Shown: piece after piece, positions 24,719 to 37,423 of the stretch
Layout of the letters: every line of letters starts with the position of its first letter
Numbering within the stretch: the stretch's first letter is position 1
Source: Podarcis filfolensis
Taxonomy: Eukaryota
Assembly: GCA_964270895.1 (NCBI GenBank)
Contig: OZ185450.1
DNA length: 64,000 nt
Reading direction: 5' to 3' (one strand)
Position numbers and translations under genes: made by a program
Notes under the pieces: model-generated
What the model saw: only the letters and a program-made list of their open reading frames with translations
What the model was told of the DNA's origin: nothing
Database searches by the model: none

Positions 24719-24852
24719 GAAACACCATAGCTCAGGGGTAAAGCACCTGTAAAAGGTCCCAGGTTCAGTGCCCAGCATCTCCAGGTAGGGTTAGGAGAGA
24801 TCCTGTCTAAAGCAGAGGACAGTGGCTGCCAGTCAGCGCAGGCAATATTGTT
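24719..24852 (+). mobile_element. tRNA-derived Squam3-like SINE
   Basis: A-box TAGCTCAGGGGTAAAGC, B-box-like GGTTCAGTGCC, then catctccaggtaggg...gctgccagtcag body. Confidence 0.7.
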
Positions 24853-26324
24853 TATTTGTAAGATCTCTTACCTTTCAACATAAGGTCCTAGAGTGGATTG
24901 CAACAAATATATTCATGCAATTAAAACCAAGCCAAACAATTCCAAACAAAAGCAGCGCAGTGCAGGTCAACCAGAACAGAAGAGATTGGTCCCATAAAAA
25001 TATGACAAATTTCCAATGCCAGGGTAAAAAGGATCATCTTCAGCATACAATGGAAGCTGAATAATGACAGTGATAGAGTCTAGCTAGACACAGCTCTATG
25101 GGGAGGGCATTCAACAAATACGGGAGGCCACAGAGAAAATCCTCTCCCAGACCCCCATTACTGGACTAGGTGAATCAATGGTTTGACTCAATAGAAGAGC
25201 ACTTCTGATTTTTTTCCTATGAGGATACATCAGGAAAACTGAATATCACTACTGCTTTTCAGGCAGAGAAAATTGGTTTTAGTGAATTACGGCCCAATCC
25301 TACCAAGAAGCAAGTCTTATTGAATTAAATGGGGCTTACTCCCAGGTAAGGGGAGTTTGAATTGCACCTTAAAAGTTTCTTTACAGAAAGGGGGTAAAGT
25401 CACTGTGATTTCCTGGCTTTAGTCCTTGCCCCATATTATAGAACAACCCATGGCACATGCTACTACATCAAAATTGCCTCGGTGGATATTCTCCTTCCCA
25501 GAGGCTTTGTTTGGGTGGGAGAAGGGACACAGTGAATAACCCATGTACTGCCTAGGGGGCAGCTGACTGTATTGCTGTGGGTTAAGCTGCAGGAACATGT
25601 CTTCCAATAGGTGGCCAGAGGAACACACCACAGTCCTCTAAGCCTCTATCTCCCATCACGGCTTTCTCTGTGTCTCTCTCTTGCCTCTGCCTCAGTGCAG
25701 CCTTTTTTTCAATGTCCATGCAGCTGCATAGGCCTGTACAATACCGTAAGGAAATATGGCAGCCTATTCAAATAGAAGGCATGTGTGGAATCTGATGACA
25801 TCTCGGGAGGCGTGTCGGACGATGGGCAGCCTTGCAGTTCTGGCTGCCCTCGGAACCCAGTTAAGGACATTTCTTTCACTGTTATGAGCAAGTTGCCTGC
25901 CTGCTTTTCTGAAACGGCACAATTTCTAATGCACACAGCATTGGGAAGTGGAACAACCCAGAGAAGACAGGCTCACAAATGCCCCCCTGAAATCAGTGGA
26001 ACCTAAAGACTCAACTGTGGATCTTGTGGATTTTTATGGAATGTTAGCAGGCCAAGGATCCCATAGCAACCTATGGGATCTCAGAGTAATCTATGGGGCC
26101 CCAAGGCACCTTGCTTGTCCCAGGATGCTATGTCCAACACTCCACGACACTCACAGCAAGTCACTTAGCAATGAGAGGTAACAAATTCATTTGAAAGCAA
26201 GGACTACAGTGCAGCAGTTGCTCAGGAAATAGAACCATGGCTGACCTCTCATCCTATCTGGGCAGCTGGATTGATTATTCTGCGGTTCAAGTGCCATGTG
26301 GTGCTTGCAACAGATACCTGATGG

Positions 26325-26457
26325 CCCAAACCGACTGGTAGTGGCTCTCCAGGATTTCAGATGGGGACAGACTCAGTCCTACTTGGGAAAGCCAGGGATT
26401 AAACTTGAGAACCTTCCACATGCAAGATGTTCTGCTCCTGAGCTACAGTCCTTTTCC
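26325..26457 (-). mobile_element. Squam3-like SINE, degraded
   Basis: Reverse complement ggaaaaggactgtagctcaggagcagaacatcttgcatgtggaaggttctcaagtttaatccctgg... is homologous to 24719-24852. Confidence 0.65.
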
Positions 26458-29400
26458 TGGGTTGTGCCATTTCCTCAGTGGCCGAGGAAGCTGCGCCTGC
26501 CTGGGATGGAACCTCCCAAGGAAGGACAGCCAGACTACACAAGCAACTCAAGTAGTCACTTGAGCCATGAGATGTTTCCCCAAGTCCTCTGTGGCTGGCC
26601 AGGGATTACTCACTGCAACCACTTGACGCAGAGGTATGCTTTGGGCTAGTGCCGCTTCCAGTTCAGACCTAGAATGAACAACAGGCTGCAGCGGGTGGGT
26701 GGGTGGGTGAGAAAGGAAGTAAAAATAATCTAACTTGGCATTACTATTCAGGTATGAAACGTAAAGGCTAGGAAGCACCACATTCCTCTTACACAATTGC
26801 ACCGTTTTCTTATTCACTCGCACAGGGATACATGTTTCAAGATGAAAAAAGAGTAAATCTTGAATCGCTATGTACAGAATGAGTTTTCATGTTCTCTCTT
26901 TTTGTTTGGTTGTTCTTGTTAAAACAGTCTGTTAGGAACTATAAATCTTACAGCCTTTTGCTACCAATTATACTTTGCATTACAGTTTGGTGTAACACAG
27001 CTGAGAGAAGGGGGTGGGGGGAAACCAAACCCAGCCAACAAAGGGAGAGGCCCAAATCATGAAAGAATCCATTTTGGTACCAAAAAAGGATTGCACCAAA
27101 ATATTAGGTTTCTTTCTTTTTTCTTTCTTTCTTTTTGTTCCAAAGCACAAAAGCTTGCCTTTTTATTCACAGCAAAGAACAGGGGCCTCTGGGTTTAGGC
27201 CAGGGTGTAATTATTTCCCATTTTAAACCCTTTAACAGCACACTCGCTGTGACTGGGAGTTATGCTCACAGGGCCAGACTCTGCTATACTGTTCTTCATT
27301 TGCAGCAACATTCCTCAGAGAAAGCCTTATTAATGAGCTCGCAAACGAGCACCCAACTGGGAAATGTCACAAACAAGAGTGGCTAATGCTCCAGAAAATC
27401 AAATAACTGAACACTCGGCTGATCGTAGTGCCTTTCATATTTACAATAATAGTAATAATAATATAAAACCCCTTTAAATCACATATTCTGAAAGGGTCAA
27501 CACCTCGCTGAACAAAACAACTCATTTATTTATGTTCAGAAATCTCCAGATGATAAATTATATTGATGTTAATCACTTCACTGCATACTATTGCAATTAA
27601 TATTTGCACTCACCAGAAGCAAACAGATTATTAAAGCATGAGGTACTCGCATATGGCTAGCCTCCTCCCTCCCTCTATTTCTTTCTCTTTTTTTTTTGTT
27701 TTTTTGTTAAACATAATTGAGCACAGGGAATTCTCTTGGTTATGAACAACAAACAGAGGTTACAGCAGCTTCCCTGGGTATATATTTTTATAAACATGCA
27801 TGTAGACATTATAAATATCTGTGTTCCATTAATTATGACTTAACTTTGCATTACTTCTCCTGGGGCTTAAAAATTCAGCTGTGCCTGTCTGCCTTCCCCT
27901 TAGTGTTACATAACAAAGGAAGGAGGAAGGTACTACAAAGGCAAGGGAAGGGGATTACACACAGACACACAGACACACACAGCATGCAAGACTGAGCTTT
28001 CCCCTTCTCCTGTTTGTTTAGCTCAAGCCCTTAATGATGCCTTAATGTATTTTGATGCTCCATTTCCTTTTTTAAAATTACATTTACCCACAGCTTCCTT
28101 CTCAAGCAACATAAGGAGTTGTGAGTATACACTGGAGCAGCCACCATTGGGGGCAAACCATCTCTTCAATATGCTGCACCAGTCCAATCCCATGGCATAA
28201 CTAACTGGCTTGTGACTGCCACCCAAGTGCAAAGGCAGCTACGGCTATGTGCCCTTCCAGCAGACACACATCAGTTTCAGCTTTGTTCTCCTGGTATTAA
28301 GGCGATATTCCATTTCACATTACAGGGTGCTTGGTGGCAGATAAGATCCTGCACATCTCGGGTGTCCTTTGGAAGCATCTTCCTCAACACACACAGAAAG
28401 CCAGATTTCTGAGGACTTTTCCACCATAGGAAAGTACCGTCCATAACCATGGCAAGATAGTCACGTTTAGGAATGTGTGACCGAGGTCCTACCTGGGAGC
28501 ATCAGAGGTCAAAACCAGGGAGACAAGGCATGCCTACTCAACTAGGAACATCTTCAGCACAAGTCCGGATGAACTGGATGGGAACCATCGGCCTGTGCAA
28601 TTCTCAGACTTTGATGGGGCTTGTTCATGGGGTATGGACAGTCTTGGTACATTTTTTTTTTTAAAAAAGCAATGTGCATCCCACTTCTCCTTCTATGTGA
28701 AGCAACTCATGACAAAAGAAGAGAACCACAAATATCCAGACACTTTGCTGCTGAGAAGGGCATATTTTAACAGCTTCCAGACATGAGAGCAAGAGGAGAT
28801 TGAAAATAACTGCAGGTCTATTCATTTAGCTCACAGGTTTCCTTGCATTGCATGGCTTATATATTACAACATTTTATACCACTTGTTAAAAATAGCCCCT
28901 CTAAGGGGCATACAGAAAAGGTGTATTCAGGATTGTTTTCAAGCCAGCGTCCCGCCTCCCACATCCTAGTCATGATTAATTAAGGCTAATAATAATAATA
29001 ATCATAATAATAATAATTCAGAGGCACCAGATGCTCCTAGGCTTCTGACTATGCAGGTGACAGACATTTGTCTTTAGTTTCACAGGCATGCATGCACCAT
29101 GTTCCAGCAACCCACCACCCAGCCTGGAGTGGGCATGTTTAGCCAACTTTTGGTTTCCACTAGGCAGCCATTCATTGAAACAGCCAAAGAAACCACTCAC
29201 TAAGTTCTCAAAGTTCTCACAGTGGCATCAATGCGAATAACAAAACAAAACCCAAATCCATAATTTCAGTTGAGCAGCCGCACGAAAAGCTCAGCTTAAA
29301 TGAAATGCTCATAAAACCTTAAGTTAAATAGGTCAGACTTGTCAGGCGGAGATATCGCATGCTAACTTCCAACAAAGTGAAATTGCGCTGCAGGAGGCTC

Positions 29401-32400
29401 TGCTTCTAATGGAATTACTGACGGGTGGAGAACAATAGCTAGGCAGGTATGCGGACAAAATCTCTCCTTGCAAATACTGCGATTACCACATTTAAGGGGC
29501 TGTGGCAGACACAAAGCTCAGTCATCTAAGGAAAGGTTTACTGTACCAATTTAAAGTTCCCTTCCCCTCGCCCACTTTGCTCCCAAATGTGTGTATGAGT
29601 TAGAAACATCCTGACTGGCTTGCAAAGGCACTCCAAATTCAGCACATAACTATACTTTCCTCCCTCTTCTTATCCTGTTTTGTTTGACCATTGCCCTCAC
29701 AGTAGATTTTCCTCTGATGCCTGGAATTTACCCTGCATAGAAGAGTTAATATGTGGCTTATTTGTCTCTCAACACTAAACAGGCATTCCTGAAATTATAG
29801 CAAAGTTGGAGAGGAACAAGCCAAGAATCAAACCACAAGTCCCTGTTCATTGTGTGGCCCTCTATAGCTGCAGGAATCAAAGGCCACTGCTTTGAGGCCA
29901 GGTGGCAGTGCAGCATTTTGCAGATACAACAAGACATGTTGGAAGGGACCATCAATGGCTGTTTTGAGAATGAGTAGGCATGAAACTTGGACTGGCGTGC
30001 TCCTTCCTCCCATTTCCTTCATATGCAAGGGAGAAGACTGCGAGCTTCCACTTCCGGCATGCAATTTATCCTGGTTGGAGAACTCTGGTAGGGTCAGAAC
30101 AAACATCTGTCATATTGTTGCAAACTCCAAATGGAAGCTTCTGATTTCCTCCCTGTCATGCATGGGAAGGGGGGGGGGATGAACCTAAGGCTGGCCTCTG
30201 CTCTTTCTCATTAAAAAAAGGATGCTCTGCTGTTACATCTGACTCTAGACCTTAACTTAGTACTCTCCTTACAGGTCTTGTTGAGTGTTCTTCATAGTTT
30301 CTAAGCTGGGGGGTGAGGAGAGACTCCAAAAACGGGAGCTAAATTTGCTATGTTGCCATAATAAAGGTCTCTTCCCGATTTAGCTTTCCCCCCCCTCCCC
30401 TGCCTCTCTTTTGTAGAAACGTTAGCATGTCTGCATATTCAGGACTTTGAGCAAACAATAATTAGCTCGCTGCCTTGAAATACCTCTGTAGATAATTTGA
30501 ATTTTTCCTGCTAATACCTTCTCTTTTATTACAAGCCACTTCCTGCTGAAATCCCATCTCATACTAAGTACACCAAAGTGAGAAAATCGTTCGCTGTGAC
30601 TGTGCATTCATTGGCACGGCTCTCTTGATCACAGAGGCAGGTGCTGGAAAGGGAATGGCCGGGTCAGGGTCACGCGTGAACTGTGAAGCGGCGGATAACG
30701 TCCCGGTTCTTTAGTGTCCCCCCCTTCCTCAAGGGCTGCCTCTCCTCATCCTCCCCACGGAGGCTTATTGGAGGAGATGTGGCCTCTGATACACCACTGA
30801 CATGCCGAATGCTTAGGTACCCCTTGCTCGGCACCACTTCAGGCCGCTGCCTGCCTGCAACCTAACAGAACGGTCAGCTGGTGTGCTTGAAACGGTGATT
30901 GGGAGGGCTACACCTTGTTCTGATTGCGAGTCCAAAAAGCTATTGAGAGAGTAAGACAATTACACCTGATTTCACAAGTGCTATTTCTCTGAAAGGCATG
31001 GCGTGGACTCAAAAGGCTGCTGCAATCTGGACATCAGGCAGCAGTTGAGTGGGCCGTGCAATTTCTTCTGTAGCCCCATTGCACTGGCGGTACCAAAGGA
31101 GGGGGAAACCTAAGCCAAGGCTTGCAGCTTAGTGTCGGTTATGAAAAGGAAAACAAGAGAACGTATTGCTATGCTCCAAGATCACACTTTCCTCAGTAAC
31201 AGGGGTGCCAAATATATTCTAATCCCACAGTCAGAAAATGCAAGTGGCATATGCCGCCCTCTGGGCAGAGGTTTCACCACCAACAGAAGACATACTTGTT
31301 CATCCAGGCTTTCTTTAATAGGATTCATTTTGATGCTTATTTTGTTTGGATTTGTTGTGTTTTATTATTGTTGCGTGAACCACTTTGGTACTGCCTTTTG
31401 CAAATAAGCAGCGGTATAGAAATCTTATTCTAAAAGATCTATTTAACCAAATCTATATACCATTTGATTGCAGTGAGATCTTTAAGAGGTTTACAAGAGA
31501 TGTTAAAATCGTCAGCATAAAACCGCTAAAGCAATTCAAAATATTAAAAATAATAATTAAAATTAACAGTGAAAGAGATTAAAAATACACTGATATTTAT
31601 GTGTCTGGATAGGCTTATATGAACAAAACCTACATCATCATGAGTTACTATAAGACCAGGGATTCTAAACAGACTAAATTGGGAGTCAATGTCTCTTGTT
31701 GTGTCAGAAACTGGCGAACATGCTCCATTGGTAGATGGTTCAGTCTCAAACCTTCTCTGCCCACCCTTCTGGTCGCTTGCATCACATCTATATATATATC
31801 TCCCTTGGGTGCCTCAGTGGCACCCAAAAGCTGTCACCTGCGGCAGCTGGTTTGTCATAACATTCGTTCACAAAACTGACCAGCCTTGTTCCTAAGCAAG
31901 CAGGCAACCTTGCAACAGTTCAAGCAACTTTGCTCATCTCCCTTTTTTGCCAGCGTGCGCCTGTACATGCCTCTGTCTCTGTCTGTGTGTGTGTGGTTAA
32001 GCTTTTTTGATCAGACCTAACAAAGGTGCTAATGTATTATTAAAGCTAATGGAGCTCTACAAGAAATGTTAATGGACATTAAGTTTGCATAAATGAATTA
32101 CACATTAGCACAGTAGCAAGACAGCTACAATCTGCCAATTTAGGCAGTATCTGATGGTTTTTGTTTTCCCATTATGGGGACATTACTCCCCCAATACTTT
32201 TGGGCGATATGAAAATTGTAAGCAGAATGCTCATAATGGAACAACATAATGAAGTAGAAGAAATAAATTAACACAGGGGCTTCTTTGTGTAATGTTATGG
32301 TTGAGCTGCATATACAAAAGACGTTTTGAATCACCATCTCCTGATCGCCCTGCTTCATTTCTGCTCCTCTGTGAACATGAAGAGGTACTGGGGGACTGAT

Positions 32401-33008
32401 GCCAGGTTGCTGCTCTTCCTTGTTTTCAAATGAATGATGTCACACTGCATGGGTCCCTTCCCATCCCAGAAAGAGGCCGGTCATTTCTGCCACAATTCTC
32501 AGCATTATTTCAGCACAAGAAACAAACAAGGGATATGCAGATGCCAAGGCACCCCGGAATGGTAAGAGACCTCTGGTGCTCTTACTGAAACTGAAAGACA
32601 CAGCTTAAGCAAATCAACAATCCAGCCAGTGGGATCTACTTTAAAGCACCCTGTAGTGACAATTCTTACATAACGGCACATACACTATCAAGACAGGGCA
32701 GGTTGACATGCCCAAAGCTTCCAAAAGTGGAGTTCTGTGGAACTCCTAAAAAGGGAGACATATTCATCTTGTCAGATGGAGTGACAGCTGGTCCCACTCC
32801 AGCATAATTTGGTTGCTAACTTGTACTTGCTGCTGCACAACGCTTGAAACAGCTCATAAACAGAACCAGAATGGCTTACCTAAATGCCACCTGGGTAGTT
32901 CATGGCTGAGGTAAGACCTAAACATAGGGGTTTCTGCCTCACAGCTTCTAGAGTAGATGAAGAAGTGTGCAGAATTGAGCCATAGTCACTAGATTCTACT
33001 GGCACTCA

Positions 33009-33302
33009 ATTTTTTAAATAATTATATTTTTCATCAATACATTTTTTTTCCCAATTCACCATAACATTATTTTACTAATTATTAAACTTTGACTTCCCTT
33101 CCACCTTTCCATGGTTTCCTTCTAGCTTTCCATTTATTCCTGCATATTGCAGTCCCTCCATACTTTCTCTTTTCCACGTATTTTATACTGCTGAATTTAT
33201 TCTAATCCTGCTAACGTTTTAACCTGGTTGCTGTAATTTTTCATATACTCTACATGCACTTTCCAATTCTCCTTATATACTCTATCTTCTTGTTCTCTTA
33301 TT
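33009..33302 (-). mobile_element. 5'-truncated L1-type LINE (ORF2 C-terminus, 3' UTR and A-rich tail)
   Basis: Minus strand encodes IREQEDRVYKENWKVHVEYMKNYSNQVKTLAGLE*, resembling squamate L1 ORF2 ends. Diverged flanking duplication cactagattctactggcactcaat / cactgactctaccggcaccccaat. Confidence 0.65.
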
Positions 33303-33705
33303 CAGATGGTTAGACCCACTGACTCTACCGGCACCCCAATCTGTTCTAGGATTCCATGTCTTTGTAGACGACACTGATACATGCGTTTGTTTGTTTTTGT
33401 AATAATAATAATAAACCTTGACACACTTCCATGTTAATATTTAAATGCTTAGTTCACATGTCTTGAGGCAGCTCTGCACAGATAGCACAAGAACAGGCGA
33501 TGAGAAATAATTTGTCTTCAAAAAGAGCAGGGAAAGAATGCCTTAAACCCAAATTCAATACTTTAAACCTCTCATTTAATCAAATCAGATAAACAGCTTT
33601 TGTATGCTACAACAAACCATAATTGACTAATCAATGGCTTTCGTCAAGCCACTTCCATGTGTGGGGCAAGCGGGGGGGGGGGATGGTTGTGACTCTGGTA
33701 CTCAC

Positions 33706-33861
33706 ACATTACATCTAGGTAGTACTTCGTCTGCAAGTCTTTGACGGCAGGATGGTCTACCTGACAGACAACAGCAACCCCATCATCCTCTCGCTTGACC
33801 TTCAACGAAAGGCGACTGGTCACTGTAAACATGTCTGACCACTGCTCCTCTTCTGTTTTAC
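33706..33861 (-). CDS. CADM1: CADM1 exon 5 (156 nt), Ig2 C-half: [52 protein letters not shown]
   Basis: Acceptor attatgcag|GTAAAAC; donor GTAATGT|gtgagt. Overlaps ORF 33644..33832(-). Confidence 0.96.
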
Positions 33862-34387
33862 CTGCATAATGGACATGAAAGGGGAGGAAAAAGAGCAGGT
33901 AAATGGTAAATGACTAGACCCATGCCATATCCATCCAAGATCATCCTCCATCGCTGCATTTGTGTTGTCATTTTCAGCTGAAGTCACTTCTGCAATCTGT
34001 ACTCATCTAGTAGTGACTTGCCTCATTTAGCTTATCTATTCCAGAGCTTCTCTCCACTTCTGCAATTCTTAAACAGTTCCACTACGCATATGCTGACCTA
34101 TTCCTAACCCCCCAACAGGCATATTCTTGCAACCTTATTGTCTCTGTTTTTATTTGCACATTTCTATAATCTGTGGGTGTTTGTAGGGTGGCAACACCTG
34201 CCTTTCATTGTTACTTTCCTATCTACATGCTTATTGGATTAATTTGTGGCACACTGATGACCTGCACAAAATAAAGGGAAACAACACATTTTTTAGTTGA
34301 CAAGCAGCTTCTCTTCCTGGCGGTCAGGAGGAAATTCTTAGCTGGCAAAGGTGGCCAGGTGAGTGGCTGTTTACCTGCCGTATACAG

Positions 34388-34516
34388 CAGGCGTGGGGAA
34401 CCTATGATCCCACAGATGGCGAACTCCCATCATCCCAGATCATTGGCCATGCTGGCTGGGGCTGATAGGCGTTGGATTCCAGAAACATCTGAAAGGCCAG
34501 AGGTTTCCCACATCTG
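34388..34516. mobile_element. ~130-bp palindromic MITE
   Basis: TIR-like ends caggcgtggggaacct / aggtttcccacatctg; near-TSD gtatacag / gtatatacag. Confidence 0.75.
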
Positions 34517-35565
34517 GTATATACAGGGATACAGAGGGAAAAGAGGAGAGCTGGTATCAAAGTTAAGCAAACAGTTTTGCAATGGAGTAGGGCTGGCAAG
34601 GCCCTTTTTCAAGTCAATCACAAGGAAAGGAAGCCTGCGAGTTCTTATTCTCTTATTCACTTCCAAATTTAAAGGGGGGGCCCTATCTCCTGCTCATGAT
34701 ATTAAACACAAAATCTACAGCGCTCGGCAGCGAGGATTAGGAATTCCAGGATGCCTTCCAAACACTTAAGTCAATGGAGCCAGAAATCCTCCACCCTCTT
34801 CCTCCAATGCCACTGCCAAAAGCCATCATCAATAATTAAGAGGGAAAGTGACTCCATGGATTTACATAATTAAAAGTAGTAATTAAAATATTTAAACAGT
34901 GGTACTGTTGAAGACCCAGCAAAATACAGCAGCAACGGGCTGAAACAGAAGCAGAAGCAGCCTGTGCGGGGCATTCTGCCAAAGGGAAGCCAATTTCAAC
35001 AGGCAGGGAAAGGTAAGGGAGAGCAGGGAAACGCCTGGGATTAAAGCGGAAAGGCTTCCCAAAAATTTGAGACGCCTGGCTTACTTTTCAAGGAGGGGTC
35101 TATCACGAAACCACAACTCGTGCTCCAGATCAACTGACAAAGCTACTCCACATTATAAAAAGAACACACCATTCACTGCTCTGCACCCTTCTGAACTGAT
35201 TTTGCCTGGCTGGAATGTGTCCTTTGCTATGACAGTGCCTCTTGCTTGCCTGGAGGATGGAGATGGTGTATGTGTGTTAGTGGAGGGAGGGGGCATAGGA
35301 ATCTCTGGCTTTTGCATGGTTTGAATGTGACCTCCTGGGGGTAAGAGTCATACCTGTTGCTCCACCCACTTGCTGACTCTGGTCCCACCCACCCCTGGCA
35401 TGCAGCCCGCAGTAGGTTGCCCATAATGAAATGCAGCTCTCAGGCTGAAAAAGATTCCCTTCTGATGTTTTGAGAGCATCACGAGAGAGTATCCTGCTTA
35501 TCAGCAAAACCATCTCTAAAAACCACAACCACACCATTAAGCTGATTGAGGGAGAAGGGGTCTAC

Positions 35566-35703
35566 CAAATAGCTCCTTGTTGCCTTTAAACCATCTGATC
35601 ACTGTGGGTGGTCTGCTGGCCAACGATGTGCAATTCAGCTCAATTTCTTCTCCTTCCACTGTGGTCTCCTTCTGGGCTTCGATCCTCAAGTTACGTGGTG
35701 GGA
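35566..35703 (-). CDS. CADM1: CADM1 exon 4 (138 nt), Ig2 N-half: [46 protein letters not shown]
   Basis: Acceptor ttcattctag|TCCCACC; donor CTATTTG|gtagac (weak). Read manually; absent from the ORF track. Confidence 0.94.
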
Positions 35704-36304
35704 CTAGAATGAAACAGCATACAGATATATAAAGATCTCAGCATGTTGTTGTCTTTCATGACACCTCCAAGAAGCTGAACATGTGGGATAGCTGCTGGAC
35801 AGATTAGAGGTGGATCAGCTGCCTCATAGAAGGTCCTCTTCAACATACAATTTTGATTAAAGGAACACTTTGTAAATGCATCACCATCTGCAATAATTCT
35901 AACAGATCAAATATATTATAAATGCATCTTTAAAGTAGCACCCTGGTTTCGCCCTCCATTTGAATGTAAATTCCACATTTCCTATTCCAAAAATAATTAG
36001 CAAAAAATAGAGTAAAACAAACTAAGGGAGATTCAGGATTTTCAGACCGAGAGGGAAAGAAGAGGGTCGTTTTCCAAAGAAAATAAATGAAATGCAACCC
36101 AACACGAATAATAGATTCTTGCATCAGAGAGCATTATTACAGACAGAGCATCTTTCCTTCCTTTCAGGCATGTGTTCAGCACAGCTAAGTCATTTATTTT
36201 TATTTTTTTTTTATTTTTTTGTGAAATCCAAAGCCAGAGGGTTGAATTGATCAATGAAATATAATCCGGTAGAGTCTGGAGCAGAAGAGAATCTGAAGCA
36301 TAAC

Positions 36305-36667
36305 CAGGGCCTACCCAAGACATTTTGGCACCTGAGGCGAACCACAAAATTGATACCCCCACCCCCACCAGGGAAGAAGAGGTGAGTAAAGATCGAAACC
36401 AGGAAGAAGGGGGGGGGGGAATAAGATGCTGGGAGTAGACCAGCAGCATCTCCTATTCATCGAGAGACCCTCATAGAGGTGGTATGAGGGGAGTGCTGAG
36501 GAGGTGGCAGATCTGGTCTCCAAGAAGCACAACACAGTCATTGCTGCCTCTGTGGCAGTGGGAGCGGCAGGGAGGAAAACATTCATTGGAGGCTGGATCT
36601 GCTGCCCCTGAGGATCCTGCCGCATGAGGCAGTGTCCTACCCTTGCCTCATGGGCAGGCTGGCCCTG
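36305..36667. mobile_element. hAT MITE, 363 bp
   Basis: Ends cagggcctaccc / gggcaggctggccctg; perfect 8-bp TSD AGCATAAC at 36297-36304 and 36668-36675. Confidence 0.85.
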
Positions 36668-37389
36668 AGCATAACTACAGCATCACAAAGTCCACCAAAA
36701 TGTATAGATCTTTCTGTTATCCTCTTCCCCACCTTCCTGCAAACAGGGTGGGTGGGTGAGAATGGATGGGATAGGTGTTTCCCCACCCCCACCCCTTCTA
36801 TTTTATAATCAGTAAAGACAATGTTAACACAGTTGCCTGCTGGTACTGTGTTTATTAAATCAAGCATTAAAATAAAGATTTAAATGGATATTGGGCCCGT
36901 TTTCTTCATTGTTTTTGCTGTTATTGTACTAATGAAGCAGTTGTGCGATTCAGGTGTGAATAATATGTTCTGTTCTCTCCCCACCCACCAAAACGCAGGT
37001 AAGGAAGTGTGCACAAAATGAATTGTGCAGATAATAAATTAGTTGTTTCTGGTCCACAAACAAGTGAATGCCATGGCGTCTTCAAAAAACAAAGGGAGGA
37101 GGAAGCACAAAGGTCAACAAGGCATGCAAGTCCCCTGTGGAATAGCAGGTGATGTCTGGTCTTCCCCTTGCCCCCCCCCCCACTTGCAAATAAGTTCCTA
37201 CCCCCAAGAATGTAGGTGAAACTCAAAGCCATGTGATGCATGCTGGACAGGTCAGCCCAAGTGTGTATGTGTGTGTGCACTGCACATATACACACTGCCA
37301 TGTTGCTCCTTCCTCCGCCTGAGTCTTTCAGTCAATCAGGGGAAAGGAGTAACACAAAAACATCCCTGGAAGAATCTCAGCAGAAATGA

Positions 37390-37392
<3 letters not shown>

Positions 37393-37421
<29 letters not shown>
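37393..37421 (+). repeat. (TG)14 microsatellite
   Basis: Perfect dinucleotide run. Confidence 0.95.

Positions 37422-37423
<2 letters not shown>

Noticed and set aside
24719-24790. tRNA gene candidates (also the heads of both Sauria SINEs and ~63432)
   Set aside because: A/B boxes are present but there is no complete cloverleaf, and each continues into a SINE body or is too degraded.
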